From Fistulifera solaris (lineage: Eukaryota), in NCBI GenBank assembly GCA_030295235.1, contig AP026162.1, positions 1,178,001-1,242,000 of the forward strand: a stretch of DNA of 64,000 bases, given 5' to 3'. The notes below the pieces were generated by a model. It ran no database searches. It was not told the DNA's origin and worked only from the letters and a program-made list of their open reading frames with translations. A program made the translations under genes and the position numbers. This document shows positions 52,107 to 64,000 of this stretch, piece by piece; within the stretch, counting starts at the first letter, position 1, and every line of letters starts with the position of its first letter.

Positions 52107-52476
52107 GCTCAACGGCAACAATTAATTTTCGTACCATATTGTTTGTTTATCCTGCTTTTGCAATATTCTCGAGCTTGAATGTGAAGACAAACTTTACCGC
52201 CATTGTCTATTTTCATGCTTGTCGCTCGCAGAGCGTTCATCTCCTCCCAATTTTTCTGGCGTATCATAACCTGATGAGAATAATGTCGCACTGAACTATT
52301 TTTTTATACAGAAGTATGTAGAGACACTGTCGTACCGAGTTGCCATGATTTGCTTCTGTTAGCTCTAACAACCAAGGTTCTTCCTCCGCCCCGAAACCGA
52401 ACAAAATCGGCTAACGATGTTGGATGAAAAGAAAGCGTATGATTATCGTGTTCTTTCTTCGCCAGAACCTATAACA

Positions 52477-52549
52477 ATCTACCTGGTATTAGTTGGGAAT
52501 ACGCACAGACTCAAAACAGCCCAACCAGTTCGAATCTAGACGGAAACTC
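52477..52549 (+). other. Degenerate tRNA-like sequence (possible tRNA pseudogene or SINE head)
   Basis: A-box-like TGGTATTAGTTGG at 52484; D-stem GTATT/AATAC; B-box GTTCGAATC at 52528 (44-nt spacing). The anticodon and acceptor stems do not pair. Confidence 0.25.
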
Positions 52550-52639
52550 ACGTTATTTCATAGAAACGAAATACTGGGAGTAACATACCATTCAATATAT
52601 ACGTCTAATATATTGTAAAATACAAACAAACATTTCCTT

Positions 52640-54508
52640 TCATCGCGTCGTCGTCGCTTTTCGTACATTCTTGAAGAAATCTTCAATTCCCATGAGCCCA
52701 ATCTTTTTGACAAGGAATTTAGGAACCATGCCTGATTTGACTTGCGAGAGGCTGGTCATATCTGTCAAATGTGGGTGGTTGGGGACTCTTCTCAGCACAT
52801 TGATGCCCCAAAGAATCTCATTCTTCTGTTCGGTAAGTCGGACTTTCTCGGTCGACGACCCCCGCGGGCCTTCGTAAACAGAACGACTGACGATAACGTA
52901 TCCATCATCAAAGGAGCGCGCATGCATGAGACAATTCAGAAAGACACTCATACTCGTGAATGGAACGCGAGTCTCCGACTGAATAACCTTGCTACCTCTG
53001 CAGAAAGCATCTTTGTCATTCTTGCAATCAAATTGGCTATTGCCGAGTTCAATGATTGTTTTGCGGCCAAGGCAGAAGTTGTTGTACTCTGGTGTTCTTG
53101 AATTATCCCATAGTAGATTTAGCATTTCACGGGGGCTCATAGGAACAACACCACGGGCAAGAAAAAGAGGAACCTCCGAAGAGTCCGACACGCCAGACCA
53201 AACCAACGTCTCCTTTTGTAACAAACTGAGGCGTTCTATTGTCGATACCTGAGCCATCTTTTTCAGCAGTTTCGAAGTAGTGTTTTCTGACTTCCACGCT
53301 ATCTTCATAGGCGGTTCAACGACTTTCGCGGTCTTGCCCTGAATAACGCGAACAGTCGGATGGTTGGCCAACAATGAGAACCCCCGCTCCACCATGCTAT
53401 CAAAGATTTCTTCCCGTGGTACTTCCTCACAGAGATCAGCTTCCAGATCGATACAGAAAAAACGATCTGACGCTGGGTCGCTGGGGTCTTTGAGGTCGAG
53501 GTCCACGACGCGGAGCAGCAGCATGCTTTTCTTGCCGGATCGGTTGCTTTTCGTCGGCGTTTGCATGTAGTCGTCGGAAGGAACGTAATCAAGGCGCAAT
53601 CGTTCAAGATAGTTGTCGCTGGAAGTACTGTCAACAAGCTTCTTGACAGGCGTGGGCTCAATGATTGCTGACTCAACGTGTTTCTCTTTCTCGTTAACAG
53701 GAGGAGTGACAAGGCTACTAACAATAGAACCAACGTGACCAATTGCATTTTCAGCACTGCCCACAATGACTCGACTCGGCAGCATCACTGCAGCAACAAT
53801 GCCACCACTTTTCGGAATATTTGAATCCTGCGGGTTTGACTTTTCGCTCTCCAGATTCTCGGTAACGGTATGCGCAATACTCTTGGTTGCAGCCGCCAAA
53901 ATGGACCCCGTTTCCGAAAGAAGATGACTGTACGCGCCAACAATCATATCACAGGTCCGTCCCGTGATATGAAGCGGCATGGTGACCGGTAGTAACGCTG
54001 CTTGAATGCACAAATGTCCCGCCGAGCCGGCCAAATGAACACTGCTGCAAACTAAGTTCTTCATCTCTGGCGATTCCATCAAAAGTTGCACGGAGCGCAG
54101 CCACTGTTGAAGGGCGTCGCCAATATTTTCAGGTACTTCATGGTATAAATTGTTACTTGCAGAATTCGAAACATTCCCAAACGGCGAATCCATTCCATGG
54201 TCATCGTCTTCGCTGATGAGAGAAGCGTTCGGATCGCAAGTCACGCTCTCGAGAGGTCGCAATGGACGTTGTGCAGCAAGATGTCTTCGGTTGGATTCGG
54301 TACTAGCAGAGCTGACTGTTGACGATGTTTCGTGATAAAAGACTTCTTTCCTTCGATACGGAAAACTCGATAAGTTTTCTAATAAAGAAGTGGGCGAAAC
54401 ACGTCTTGTGCGCGACATCGAACTGGTTGATAGTTCTCCCGTGGATGACTGGCTCGAGTTTATGTTTAGCAACGACGACGACTCGTTATGGTTTCGTCGA
54501 AGGGGCAT
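52640..54508 (-). CDS. Protein with a C-terminal START/SRPBCC-like lipid-binding domain
   Basis: 622-aa intronless ORF; LFLARGVVPMSP..LLWDNSR..YN, YVIVSRS, GINVLRRV and SGMVPKFL fit a START fold. Confidence 0.72.
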   Translation of the reverse strand: MPLRRNHNESSSLLNINSSQSSTGELSTSSMSRTRRVSPTSLLENLSSFPYRRKEVFYHETSSTVSSASTESNRRHLAAQRPLRPLESVTCDPNASLISEDDDHGMDSPFGNVSNSASNNLYHEVPENIGDALQQWLRSVQLLMESPEMKNLVCSSVHLAGSAGHLCIQAALLPVTMPLHITGRTCDMIVGAYSHLLSETGSILAAATKSIAHTVTENLESEKSNPQDSNIPKSGGIVAAVMLPSRVIVGSAENAIGHVGSIVSSLVTPPVNEKEKHVESAIIEPTPVKKLVDSTSSDNYLERLRLDYVPSDDYMQTPTKSNRSGKKSMLLLRVVDLDLKDPSDPASDRFFCIDLEADLCEEVPREEIFDSMVERGFSLLANHPTVRVIQGKTAKVVEPPMKIAWKSENTTSKLLKKMAQVSTIERLSLLQKETLVWSGVSDSSEVPLFLARGVVPMSPREMLNLLWDNSRTPEYNNFCLGRKTIIELGNSQFDCKNDKDAFCRGSKVIQSETRVPFTSMSVFLNCLMHARSFDDGYVIVSRSVYEGPRGSSTEKVRLTEQKNEILWGINVLRRVPNHPHLTDMTSLSQVKSGMVPKFLVKKIGLMGIEDFFKNVRKATTTR

Positions 54509-55002
54509 CCTTTGAGAATCGCTTCGTCACGAATAATGATAGGTTCACGGTGTTTCGGTTGTTGTGCTCTCAAATTCAAGCACAAGAGACAAAAAGAAAT
54601 TCTCTCGAATAAAAAAACCAGCGATTGGCTTGGTTGTTTGCATGCTTCGTAAACGTAAACAACAAAGGGTGACGACGACGTTTGGATCATTTCGGAATTG
54701 CCTCACTATATGCTTTCACTGTAGTCGAACAAGACGACGCGGCAGAGCGTGACTGTACTGTGTAAAGTACTCGATTTTTCATTTCCATTCTTTTTCGGCG
54801 TAGCCGCGCGCGCAGTCCCGTTAAAACGTATCACGATTCATGAACAAGACTGATGATGAGTGATGAGTGATGAGGTGTACCGATTTATTGGGGGTTTGAT
54901 TCGGGTCATTAATCGCTTACTCTATGAATAATATAGCTTATAGGTATCGAAAAGCAAAAAGTGAAAGTTAAAACAAAATATAGAAAAGAGGAGTGTTGCA
55001 AT

Positions 55003-55075
55003 GCTTAAAAAGTCTACGTGGTTTGCACGTAGCCCCCGTAGGGAAAACTTATCGACGAAGGGGGTACCCGGATAT
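55003..55075 (+). repeat. Solitary copy of the ~75-bp core of the 40-kb array
   Basis: CTACGTGGTTTGCACGTAGCCCCCGTAGGGAAAACTTATCGACGAAGGGGGTACCCGGATAT aligns with the core at 39984-40057. Confidence 0.85.
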
Positions 55076-55330
55076 GATAACCGCTAAGATTCGTGACTGC
55101 AAAGCAGTCGTGATGACCTTACCTGGAAATAGTAAATGGGGGGACCCTGAACCACAATGGAGATTGGGCATTTTCTGTCCTCGCACACACACACATCGCA
55201 CACACCATTCTCTTTCAAAGTTTATTGAATGATGAAATCAAGGATATACCAGGTATAAATGAACAACACTTTGTAAATTGATAAAAAAAGATCGAAAGTC
55301 TGATAGGCGGCAGTTTGGATCAAGAAAGCC

Positions 55331-56278
55331 ATGAGATCGGCATTACGTGTTTTGTTAATAAGCTTTTTTACGAGAATGGTTTATCCGTTCTCGTGGCACC
55401 CGCACAGATCGCTGCTCTGTACTGGTAGGAGAAATACCGTGAATCCGAGGCTTCATGGACTCCGACTGGTCAAAGACGACAGTTCAGAATCGAGGAAGGC
55501 CCGCGTTCGCTTTTCGGGTGCATCCGATAGCAAAACAGCAACTGTTAGCAACCCGATCGATTTTGCTTTGTCCTGGATAGTTTCCGATCTTGGATCGATC
55601 GTTGTCGGTTTATCAGGGATTGTTATGCTCTTGATTGGACGATTGATACTCGACGCAGATATCAGTATCACAGACGCAGAAGCAATGACGGGATCGACTC
55701 GTTCGAATCTATTAGCCGTGTTTGCTTGTGTAGCTGTCCTCCTGAATGGCTTGGTCAAGCTGGATGTTGAATCCACGACAGCTGAGAGTGTTGTGCTTCA
55801 AGGGACTCGATGGCCTGTCACCAGTCTGCAACAAAATCCGAATTCCGAGTTGGTGTGGGCACTGGATTCGTTACTAAAAGCGACGTCGGCGGAAACAGCT
55901 ATTCTTCTGGAACAAAACAATGGGCAATGGAATATTGAATCATTTGCGGGAATAGTCCCCTGGTCTTCAACGTCGAACCCAGTCTCGCTAGCAAAGATTT
56001 CGACTCCTATTCTGGATCGGTGTCTGAAACAAACACGTGAGTCGCAGTCGTTTCAAGAAACCTATTTGCCAACACTGCAGGCTCTACCGGGTAAGACGGA
56101 ATTTATTTACATGCCCGTCAATACACAAGCAATTGTGCTGCTGCCGTTCCTTGCCGGTGAGAAATCGATGATCTTGGTGTTGGGCTCGAATCGGGCACGA
56201 AGTTTTACTCCTCGTGATATAGCTTGGTGTCAATTACTCACAAATCGAATAGCCGAAACACTTAATGTGACTAGATAA
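55331..56278 (+). CDS. CCB4: Cofactor assembly of complex C subunit B, CCB2/CCB4 family (cytochrome b6 heme ci maturation)
   Basis: Two TMs; ELVWALDSLL, YLPTLQALPGKTEF.YMPVNTQ and LGSNRARSFTPRDIAW; presequence. CCB4 rather than CCB2 is a judgement by eye. Confidence 0.78.
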   Translation: MRSALRVLLISFFTRMVYPFSWHPHRSLLCTGRRNTVNPRLHGLRLVKDDSSESRKARVRFSGASDSKTATVSNPIDFALSWIVSDLGSIVVGLSGIVMLLIGRLILDADISITDAEAMTGSTRSNLLAVFACVAVLLNGLVKLDVESTTAESVVLQGTRWPVTSLQQNPNSELVWALDSLLKATSAETAILLEQNNGQWNIESFAGIVPWSSTSNPVSLAKISTPILDRCLKQTRESQSFQETYLPTLQALPGKTEFIYMPVNTQAIVLLPFLAGEKSMILVLGSNRARSFTPRDIAWCQLLTNRIAETLNVTR

Positions 56279-56340
56279 TCTCGTATTATTATTGTTAAGC
56301 TGCAATAATAGTCTATGAGCGTCATAGCATCTGGATCGTT

Positions 56341-57882
56341 TTAGTTGTTCATGAGGAAATCAAACAACTGATCGTCTCCACAATCGGTATACCAGAAGTC
56401 ATCTCCGATTGACATTCCTCTTTGTCGCTGAACATCATCCCCAGATCCATGTTCTGGCATCATGTCAATGGCAATATCCATTTTGTGAGGATCATCTTCG
56501 TGAATTAAACCATCCATTAAGCCCTCTTCTGGGTCGACAGGTTTGTTTCCAAGCTTCTGCTCTTCTTGTTGCTTCAACAATCTCATTTTGTTCTGAAACG
56601 CCATTTGGTATTGCATTTCTCGTTTCATCATGTTACTTTCTTGAATATTCACACGCATCGATGGATTTGATGGGGTGGGTAAAACGGCACTGTTATTGAG
56701 CGCATCCGCCGACGTCAATGTTCCCGACACATCATAAGCCGCGGGCTGTGAACCACTCGACAAATGCCCTAACTTGTGGATGTCTTCCATATTCCCAAGC
56801 ATCGACGCCTTGTTGTTGGCAGCGGCTTGAGCTGCAGCTTGTGCCTCGCGCTGAAGATTCAGTTGCTTTTTCAGCGTAAAAAACAATCCCATTAAATAAC
56901 CGACCGAAGCGCCAATTGGAGTCTTCTTCTCTTCCTCTGTTAGCCGTGGTATTAGAATCGTGTCATGCTGTTCTCGATTCGGCGCTAGAGACCGTGATTT
57001 GTTTCTCCGTGACGCGGCGTCAGCCAGTTCAAAGTCATTTCCTTCGTACATATCTTTGGGTGGATCATCGGGACTCTGCATAGTCGCATAAGTCACGTAC
57101 GCCGCAGCGTCAGGTCCCGTGAACGCAGCTCCACTTTTCGGAGGTCCATCCTTGAGTAAATTCGCCATGGACGAATCATACGCCGTCATGAATTCCCTTT
57201 TGGACTTGTTGCGATTGATTCTATACTTCTGTAAATGGCTCTTGACTCGTTCACTATTGATTTGTTCGTGTGCGGGCATGTGTTCTAGAATTGCGGACGG
57301 TGAGGAATGTTTCAATCCAACATCAAAGACCGCCGCAACGAAGTCGCGGTGTAAATCATCCGGCCACGTAAATCGCTTCGACCATCTTCCGTCGGTCGTT
57401 TTCTGCTTTCTTCTGGATTTCGAGCCTCGTGTCGAAGACGTCGATGATTCTTCTTCGGCGATGGGAGCTGAGGTAATGGAAGACGATCGCTTCCGTAGAT
57501 TCCGGCCGCTCCCGGCGCGCGCCGTTTTGGCTGTTTCTCCGGCGTGAACTATGGCACTGGGCGCCACCGTCGCAGCCGCAAACTTCATGGCTTCGCTCAT
57601 ATTGTTCGGAACGGGCGGGATGGATGTGCCCGTAGTGTTCTCGAACGACCAGTGTTTCGCATTACTGTAGGTAGATTGCGATGAAGAATTGCCGCCTACC
57701 ATGTTTTCGTAGACTTTCATGAGATCGGGTACAAGACTGCTGGGTATGGCACCGGGTCCAGCCGAAGGATTCGCAGAAGTGGTAGTCGGCGGACGAGCTG
57801 AGGTAATGTCGTGTCCTTCCTGTGACATGGTGCTGTTGATGCCGCGTTCTTCGCTATTATCTGAGAACTGTTCAGTCACCAT
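56341..57882 (-). CDS. GARP/SHAQKYF-class Myb-like transcription factor
   Basis: KRFTWPDDLHRDFVAAVFDVG..P..I...VKSHLQKYR. The start is uncertain (57882 or 57828). Confidence 0.88.
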   Translation of the reverse strand: MVTEQFSDNSEERGINSTMSQEGHDITSARPPTTTSANPSAGPGAIPSSLVPDLMKVYENMVGGNSSSQSTYSNAKHWSFENTTGTSIPPVPNNMSEAMKFAAATVAPSAIVHAGETAKTARAGSGRNLRKRSSSITSAPIAEEESSTSSTRGSKSRRKQKTTDGRWSKRFTWPDDLHRDFVAAVFDVGLKHSSPSAILEHMPAHEQINSERVKSHLQKYRINRNKSKREFMTAYDSSMANLLKDGPPKSGAAFTGPDAAAYVTYATMQSPDDPPKDMYEGNDFELADAASRRNKSRSLAPNREQHDTILIPRLTEEEKKTPIGASVGYLMGLFFTLKKQLNLQREAQAAAQAAANNKASMLGNMEDIHKLGHLSSGSQPAAYDVSGTLTSADALNNSAVLPTPSNPSMRVNIQESNMMKREMQYQMAFQNKMRLLKQQEEQKLGNKPVDPEEGLMDGLIHEDDPHKMDIAIDMMPEHGSGDDVQRQRGMSIGDDFWYTDCGDDQLFDFLMNN

Positions 57883-58559
57883 TTCGCATTCAGCGGTAAA
57901 ACGGATAGATGCTTGTATAGAACTAGAGTGAAAGAATGGACGACAGAAGCATCCAATCAATCAACAATTGTGCGGTAGGTTCCCTGCGCGCGCAACTTAA
58001 AGGCTCGGTGGGCTGGTGGGAGATTCTTCCTAACAATCGAAGAGCTGCCGATAGGGGATATGCTTTGCAACGAATGAATGAGAACAAAGCAATCAAATAA
58101 CAAAAGATCACTTGCTTTACCGTCTCATAACCCAGTAGCTATCGGAAAGCTCGCAAAGATCATTCAAATACTCGTGAAAAATGTTGGTAGCAAGGAGGCG
58201 AGCCAGTGAATCTTCGCAATGAATCTCCGCATCTTTTCATTCTCATCGAGCGCGTTTCGCAGATGTCTGGCTGCGTGGCATCGTCGTGATGCTTGAAGCT
58301 ATAGAGATAGAGGAGGTACACTATTACTAATACTAAGAACTGATGCGACGTTTTTACGATCAATACATAACTACGTGGTAAACCATTAACCTTACCTGGT
58401 ACTGGTACAGGATGTGTTGTTAGCGTTTTATTGCGATTTCTTGGTGACGAGCAAAGAATAACACAACAAAGAAAAAGCATGCCCTCCATGGTAAAATAAT
58501 ATTCTATTTCCAACTCAATGAACAATGACAAGAGCAGAAGTTAATTCATCCTCATAGAA

Positions 58560-60309
58560 ATGAACTGGTCGTCGTCGCTGTTGTTGATTTTCCTTGCGAT
58601 TGCTATAGGTTTGATATCCGTACTGCAATTTACGGCAACAACGATACACGATGTCAAAAGTCACATCACGGCTTCCGAAGCGTTCCAGATCTCCATACAA
58701 GAATTCATGTCGCCGAAACCCACCACTTTAGACCAGAAATTTATCAAGGCTGCCCACTACGCGAAAGAAGCGAATGACTTACTCCCTGATATTCAAAAAC
58801 AAAGTCATCAAGCATCCGACAAACGACCCGATTACTACATGGTCTTTTCGTCGAGTTGCTCGCCACAACAACACTGGGAGTCTTTCGTATTCTTTTATCA
58901 TGCTTTCAAAGTGGGGCAGCCAGGGAATGTGACACGAATATTGTCCGGATGCAACGACCAAGAAAAGGAGGAAGTAGATGATTTCTTTGCCAAATATATT
59001 CGACCCATGTCACCTCGATTTCATTTACACCATACCCAAGACTACGGGAAAGTTCAGAAGAATAAGAAAACTCAGTATTACAAATATATGAACAAGCCAT
59101 TTGGGTTACAAGATTGGATGGAAAACGCCTTGGGGGTGTCCGAGAATAAGAGAATGGATTCCGATCTGGCAGACAGCATCGTTATGCTACTAGATCCTGA
59201 TATGGTGTTGCTTCGTCCCTTGGTTCACGACTTTACGAATGAAGATGTGGAATTTGTAGAGGAAGAGCCTGCTACTAAAGTTGTAAAGACCGGCTTTCCG
59301 ATTGCTCAGCAAGACGGTACGTAACCGTCGTCATGACGTTGTCATCGCTCGGGTACTCACTTCTCGCTTTCAGGCTATTTGAGCTCGAAATGGGTCCAAC
59401 ATGACTTTTCGTTCGTTACGGCGAAGGAACAAGGTGACTTTATTCCTCCACCTCCTGCGAAGGAGGGGCCGTTACACTGGAATTCCGGCCCCCCTTATTT
59501 AGCTACTGTTGCAGGTAAGTACGACGCTATGTCATGGTTGATTCTTTGTGAAATGACACTGTCTCATCAGGCTTATTGACGTTAAAGATATGTATCGAAT
59601 CGCTATCAAGTGGACCGAATATGCTCCCAACGTCTTGGAAATTCAAGACGATATTTTCGCAGGTGAGTTGTTTCTTGTCATGGGTGCTACTATCTCACCG
59701 ACGTTGTCTGACCTTGCGACTTTACAGAAATGGTCGGGCTCATCATCGCCACTGTACAGTTAGAACTGCCTTTTACGTTCATTCGATCCCTTGTGGTATC
59801 TACAACTGAATCTGTGGATAGAGAAGGATGGTCGTACATCGATGCACTTCCCGACGATCAGGTTTGTCGTCCAGCTGCCTCGGCTCGGCTGCCGGTCGGG
59901 CTTCATTACTGCAAACGTTACATGCTTGGAAAGGTAATTCGGTGAGAGTAGCTTCTCTTTCTTCTGCGCACATTGTCTAATGTTCCGTATTGTCCAGTGG
60001 TTCTTCAGCAAATACCGGTTAAAGAAGAACATTTTGAACTGTGACAAAGCACTTCTAATGCCTCCATCTCCAGACATCAATTATCTTGACTTTGAATACG
60101 CTGATGTTCCTCCTCGGGCGGATCTTAGAATAACACATGAAGCCCCCGTAAAGCTTAGTCAAAAGCGAGCCAAACGAGAAACGTTCATGCTGTGCGGAAT
60201 GATGAATGCGGTGAATGAGGCGCTACGATACCACAAGCAACAGAAGTGTGGCGTCGACGCCAATTTGGAGGAGACATACTCGATTCATAACGATCCTACG
60301 AATTTTTGA
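58560..60309 (+). CDS. Peptidyl-serine alpha-galactosyltransferase-like / HPAT-like type II glycosyltransferase
   Basis: N-terminal TM; VFSSSC..W..GQPGNVTRILSGC, YMNKP, DPDM (DxD), GPPY and AEM; introns 59317-59373, 59515-59587, 59663-59727 and 59934-59997. Confidence 0.82.
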
Positions 60310-60631
60310 TGCTGCAAAATCCGGTTCAATGACTCTAGTAGTGTCTACAGGATGTCAGTGAATGGCATACCCTTAACAAACGCCAAGCGTTTGGTCTCTT
60401 GGCTTTTGGGTGGAGCACGGTCTCGGATGCATCCATTTATTGTCTTTACAACACCCACCTTAACTGGCTGAAAACAATTCCGCAGCACCCGCCTGTTCAA
60501 CTTTACTCATCAGCGTTGTCACACTGTCCGGTGAGCAAGTAAATGTACACGCCCCATTGCATGAAAGTACTGTACACGGACTCTATTTTACGGAGTGCGG
60601 ATCCCAGATTCATTGAAATAAAACCGGTTTG

Positions 60632-63436
60632 TCATCTCGACTTTGTCCCCAGGTTTTTTAGCGTCTTGACAGCTTCTTCGATTCGTTCCTTCCTTGTACT
60701 TTCCGCCGATTCGCGCTTAGACAGTCTCTTTCTACTACTGACAACGCTCATTGTGTCCCCCAGTCGCCTCGGAGATCGTTTTTTCTCGACAGTAAGATCA
60801 TCTTCCCGGTGCCTTCTACTAGAAGATTTTCTCCTTTCGCTGACGACGCTAACACCATCATTGTGCTTCCGGGGAGAAGATCGTGGTCTGCGCTCAGTGA
60901 TGACAGATGCTTCGTCAGACTTACGGGGCCTTGATTTGGTTCTCACACTTTCCCCATCATCGGCTCGCCGTGTCGGTCGCAGCTTTGATGTTCTACTCAT
61001 ATCATCCGATGTTGTGGGTCTCGGCTTGCCACGACTTGTTGCCACGGTGACTTCATCGTTTCTGTCGCTCCGTTTCTTGACCCGGATTCTACGCTTCGGA
61101 CTTAGGCTCCCTTCTTCTGGCGAATGAAGAGCGGGACTTGCATGTGACCTTTCGTAATGCGGTGACCTTGGTGACATCTCATGCTTTTTGCGTCCGCTTG
61201 ACGATTTGTTTGATTTTCTCGCCGATCTACGTTCGGAGGCATGATTCTTATCGAGATCAGGAGTGACCAAGAGTTCACAAACTCCATTCTCAAGTTCTTT
61301 CACAAAATGATTTAAATCATCGTCTACCTGTGATATCCGATGCTCAAAGTCAATCTTTCGATATTGATCGTCGATAAGTAAGTTCCCGGCTCCCCAATCT
61401 TTTCGTATTTCTCTCAATTCTCTAAGGGCCTCTTTCTCTTTTCCTAAAGCAGCTAAGACATCAGTGCGAACAATCCAGGTCTGAACGTGGGTTCTGTTGA
61501 TTTCAAGCACATCATGACAATCGCGAAGGGCGTCGCTAAATCTTTTATTCCTTAGGTACGACTCAGCCCGCTCACAGCGAAGCGCAATCACAAGAGGTGA
61601 TATGCTCGGAAGATCTTCGCAATCATTTATTGCACTGTTCAATTGTTCCATGGCTTCATTGTGACGTCCTCGTTTAGTGAATGCTCGAGCTTGTGACAGA
61701 GATGTGTTAATTTTCTGGCATTTGGTCAAGATCTTTTTGTTTGCTTGGAGTTACTCATTTTGTGCGATTCAAAGAGGGCCTGGGTTGCTTTCTCCGTGTC
61801 ACCCATCAACATGAGCGCGTGTCCGTATATTTCGAGACTTTCAGGGTACAGTGAGTTCACTCGCAAAGCTTTATTAGCTTGTTCCATAGCAACGTTGGCC
61901 TGACCAAGGCTGATCTCGATTCGCGCCGCTAAGCAAAGTAACCTCAAATTTGTTGTACTTTTAGTCGATTCTTCGATCAGTTCTTTTGCTATTTGGTACT
62001 TTCCATCCAAATAATATTTCTCGGTCTTCTCGAGAAGTTCCCTTTCTGAAAGAGAGCGATGGTACTCTTCTCTTATACGATTTGACCCTGGAACAGCTTC
62101 AGTTGCCTTTACAATCAACAAGTGAGCTTTTTCGATTTCTCCCAAAGCCATCAACGCCCGCCACATTCTTATCCAATTCTTATCGTACGATGGATCGTGT
62201 TCAATGGCTTTTTCGCAATCCTCTATACAAGTTTCAAACTTCTTTTCTCTGAAAAATGTGACAGCTCGATTCGAATGGACATGTGACATAAGTGCTCTAT
62301 CTTCGACACTTTGCGGGCGAAACGAATCCATCATGCGGATGGCTTCTGTGTACAGTTTTCGGGCCCCTGCAAAGTCACCTTTGTTGAACTTTGCATTTGC
62401 TTGCTTTTTCAGCTTGTGTGCTTTGTCAATTAAATCATCAGTAAACCCTCTAGACTTAGTATCATTCGGTTTCTCATCACCTTCAAGATCGTCGTCGTAA
62501 ATAGTTTCGAGCTCGCCTTCTGGTCCTCTTTCGCTATCCGTTGTCTCTACAAAATTGACCACTCCAGATTCACCGCAGAAGGCCATACTGTTGATGGAGG
62601 TACCAAAATCATTCGTAAGCTTTCCAACAAGAAAGGAAGCATGTCCGTTCATGTCGAAGCTAAAGTCATCATCATCTTCCTCCTCGTCTAGGGGCGATGG
62701 TGACTCGTCTTGAAATGGGTCGCCATTATTACTTTCTTCTGCTGCAACAGAATGTATCACCGATACGGGAGTTTCCGATATCTTTCGAGAAATCTTGCTT
62801 GGCGGGGTGTCTCGTCTAGCATTTGTTGACTGTGTATTCGAACCCGAGTTCAGTTTCTTCCACCGAGGAAAGTGTGTAAGCTGTCCATCGATGTCTTTGT
62901 TTCCATTTTCTGGCGCTGACTCATCGGAAGTATCCGTTGGAACTGTTTCCTCCCGTTTTTCCGATTTATTTTTTGTCTCCGGCTTCAAGAGCTTGTGATC
63001 ACTTCCTCGATCCGCGTGCATTGTGGCGTGCGACAAAAATTTTCCATAATCCCCCGTCCAGTTGCAATCGGCGTCTTCGTCGACACACTGCACCTGAACC
63101 AACGCCAGCACACGGTATGCTAAAGGCTGTGCTTCCGATAAAGGTCTTGCAGCAATCGATAATGTTCCGAATTCCATGCATTCCACGGAGGGGTCGCTCG
63201 AAAGGTCTCCCCTTGCAGACGGGACACGTAATTTGGTGCTTGCGTAGATTGCATTGAAGGGCCCAGCTCTCTAAACATCTCCGACAGAAGGGATGCGAGC
63301 AGCGGCTGGTTACAACCGCATCTAGAGAAGCCAAATTGGTGCAGATGACGCAAACAAAGGAACTGTAGTGCTTTTCGTCCGAAAGGACCTTTCTCTGATC
63401 GTAACCCGAGGTTATCTGAGACAGATCGAAACCCAT
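60632..63436 (-). CDS. RING-HC + TRAF/Sina-type zinc finger + TPR-repeat protein with an R/S-rich tail
   Basis: CVIC..CSHPFCRRC..CPVC; VQC..CNWTG..H; TPRs KKQANAKFNKGDFAGA..SNRA; three ORFs joined by frameshifts at ~63170 and ~61735. Confidence 0.82.
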
Positions 63437-64000
63437 CGCGGATTCCTCACAACAGGCTTAATGCACTCTCGTGTGGTTAAATTTATTCAGTTACTACTCC
63501 CTGCCATTTATTGGAGCATTGTTGCTTTTTAGGTTTTTATAGTCTAGCTCTTCCCTTTTTCTTGTAAAGTCTTCGATGGGCAGGCGTTTTTGTTGTGGGC
63601 GTTGGAGGAGCAAGTTTCAACAACCAGAAAGCGGACATCGGACACTATGACCATGCTACTCGACGATACAGAGTATAGGCATAGTAAGTAAGAACATGGC
63701 CCAGAACCGGTATTCAAAGGTCACAACTACCGAGAACAAGAAATATTCGTACCGGTGGTACCAGGTAGGATCTAAGGCAAACTTACTTGTGATAGGGTAA
63801 TTGCAATTTGGAATAAAATCAGGGCAAACCTAAAGAATAATAAGCAGAATCGAGTTATAGGCGTTGAAACTAAGTTCAGGGAAGAAGTTGTTACTATTCT
63901 GGTGCTAAAAATGATGAATTAATGACCTAAGATTGGTTTTGATTTTTTTGGACTCCGCCTGAATTGGGGGAGCTAAGGCTGTGGGCGCCTGAGAAAGTTC

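Noticed and set aside
55116..55130. CTTACCTGG as the 5' end of U1 snRNA
   Set aside because: No U1-70K loop, U1A loop or Sm site follows, and the same short motif occurs elsewhere (7350, 58391).
60543..61127. Long antisense ORFs (e.g. 60543..61127, 51122..51682, 15520..16062)
   Set aside because: They are antisense or off-frame shadows of well-supported genes.

Overview
Gene-dense eukaryotic nuclear DNA, most likely from a diatom. This rests on short GT-AG introns (mostly ~60-90 bp), several bipartite signal+'AF' plastid-targeting presequences, CCB4, DUF760, organellar GyrB and a p10-p20 (type III) metacaspase. Bases 1-7.5 kb are an accessory block: two tandem, nonsense-interrupted paralogues of an unrecognised repeat-containing gene, followed by decayed coding-like DNA. 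The rest is mostly housekeeping or organellar genes: pirin, GNAT, TsaE, a large coiled-coil protein, Rheb, ATE1, NMT, MYND/MSS51-like, RPN7, adrenodoxin reductase, GyrB, HpcH aldolase, CAP-G, eIF3i, START-like, CCB4, GARP-Myb, a SERGT-like glycosyltransferase and a RING-TPR protein. A complete-ended, internally deleted Helitron sits at 29444-31356. A diverged ~213-bp tandem array (39984-40478) has a conserved ~75-bp core that recurs at ~55 kb. Many conserved genes carry single-base frameshifts, often in homopolymers, which suggests an unpolished long-read assembly, so exact CDS ends are approximate. All product calls are from motif recognition by eye; no searches were run.
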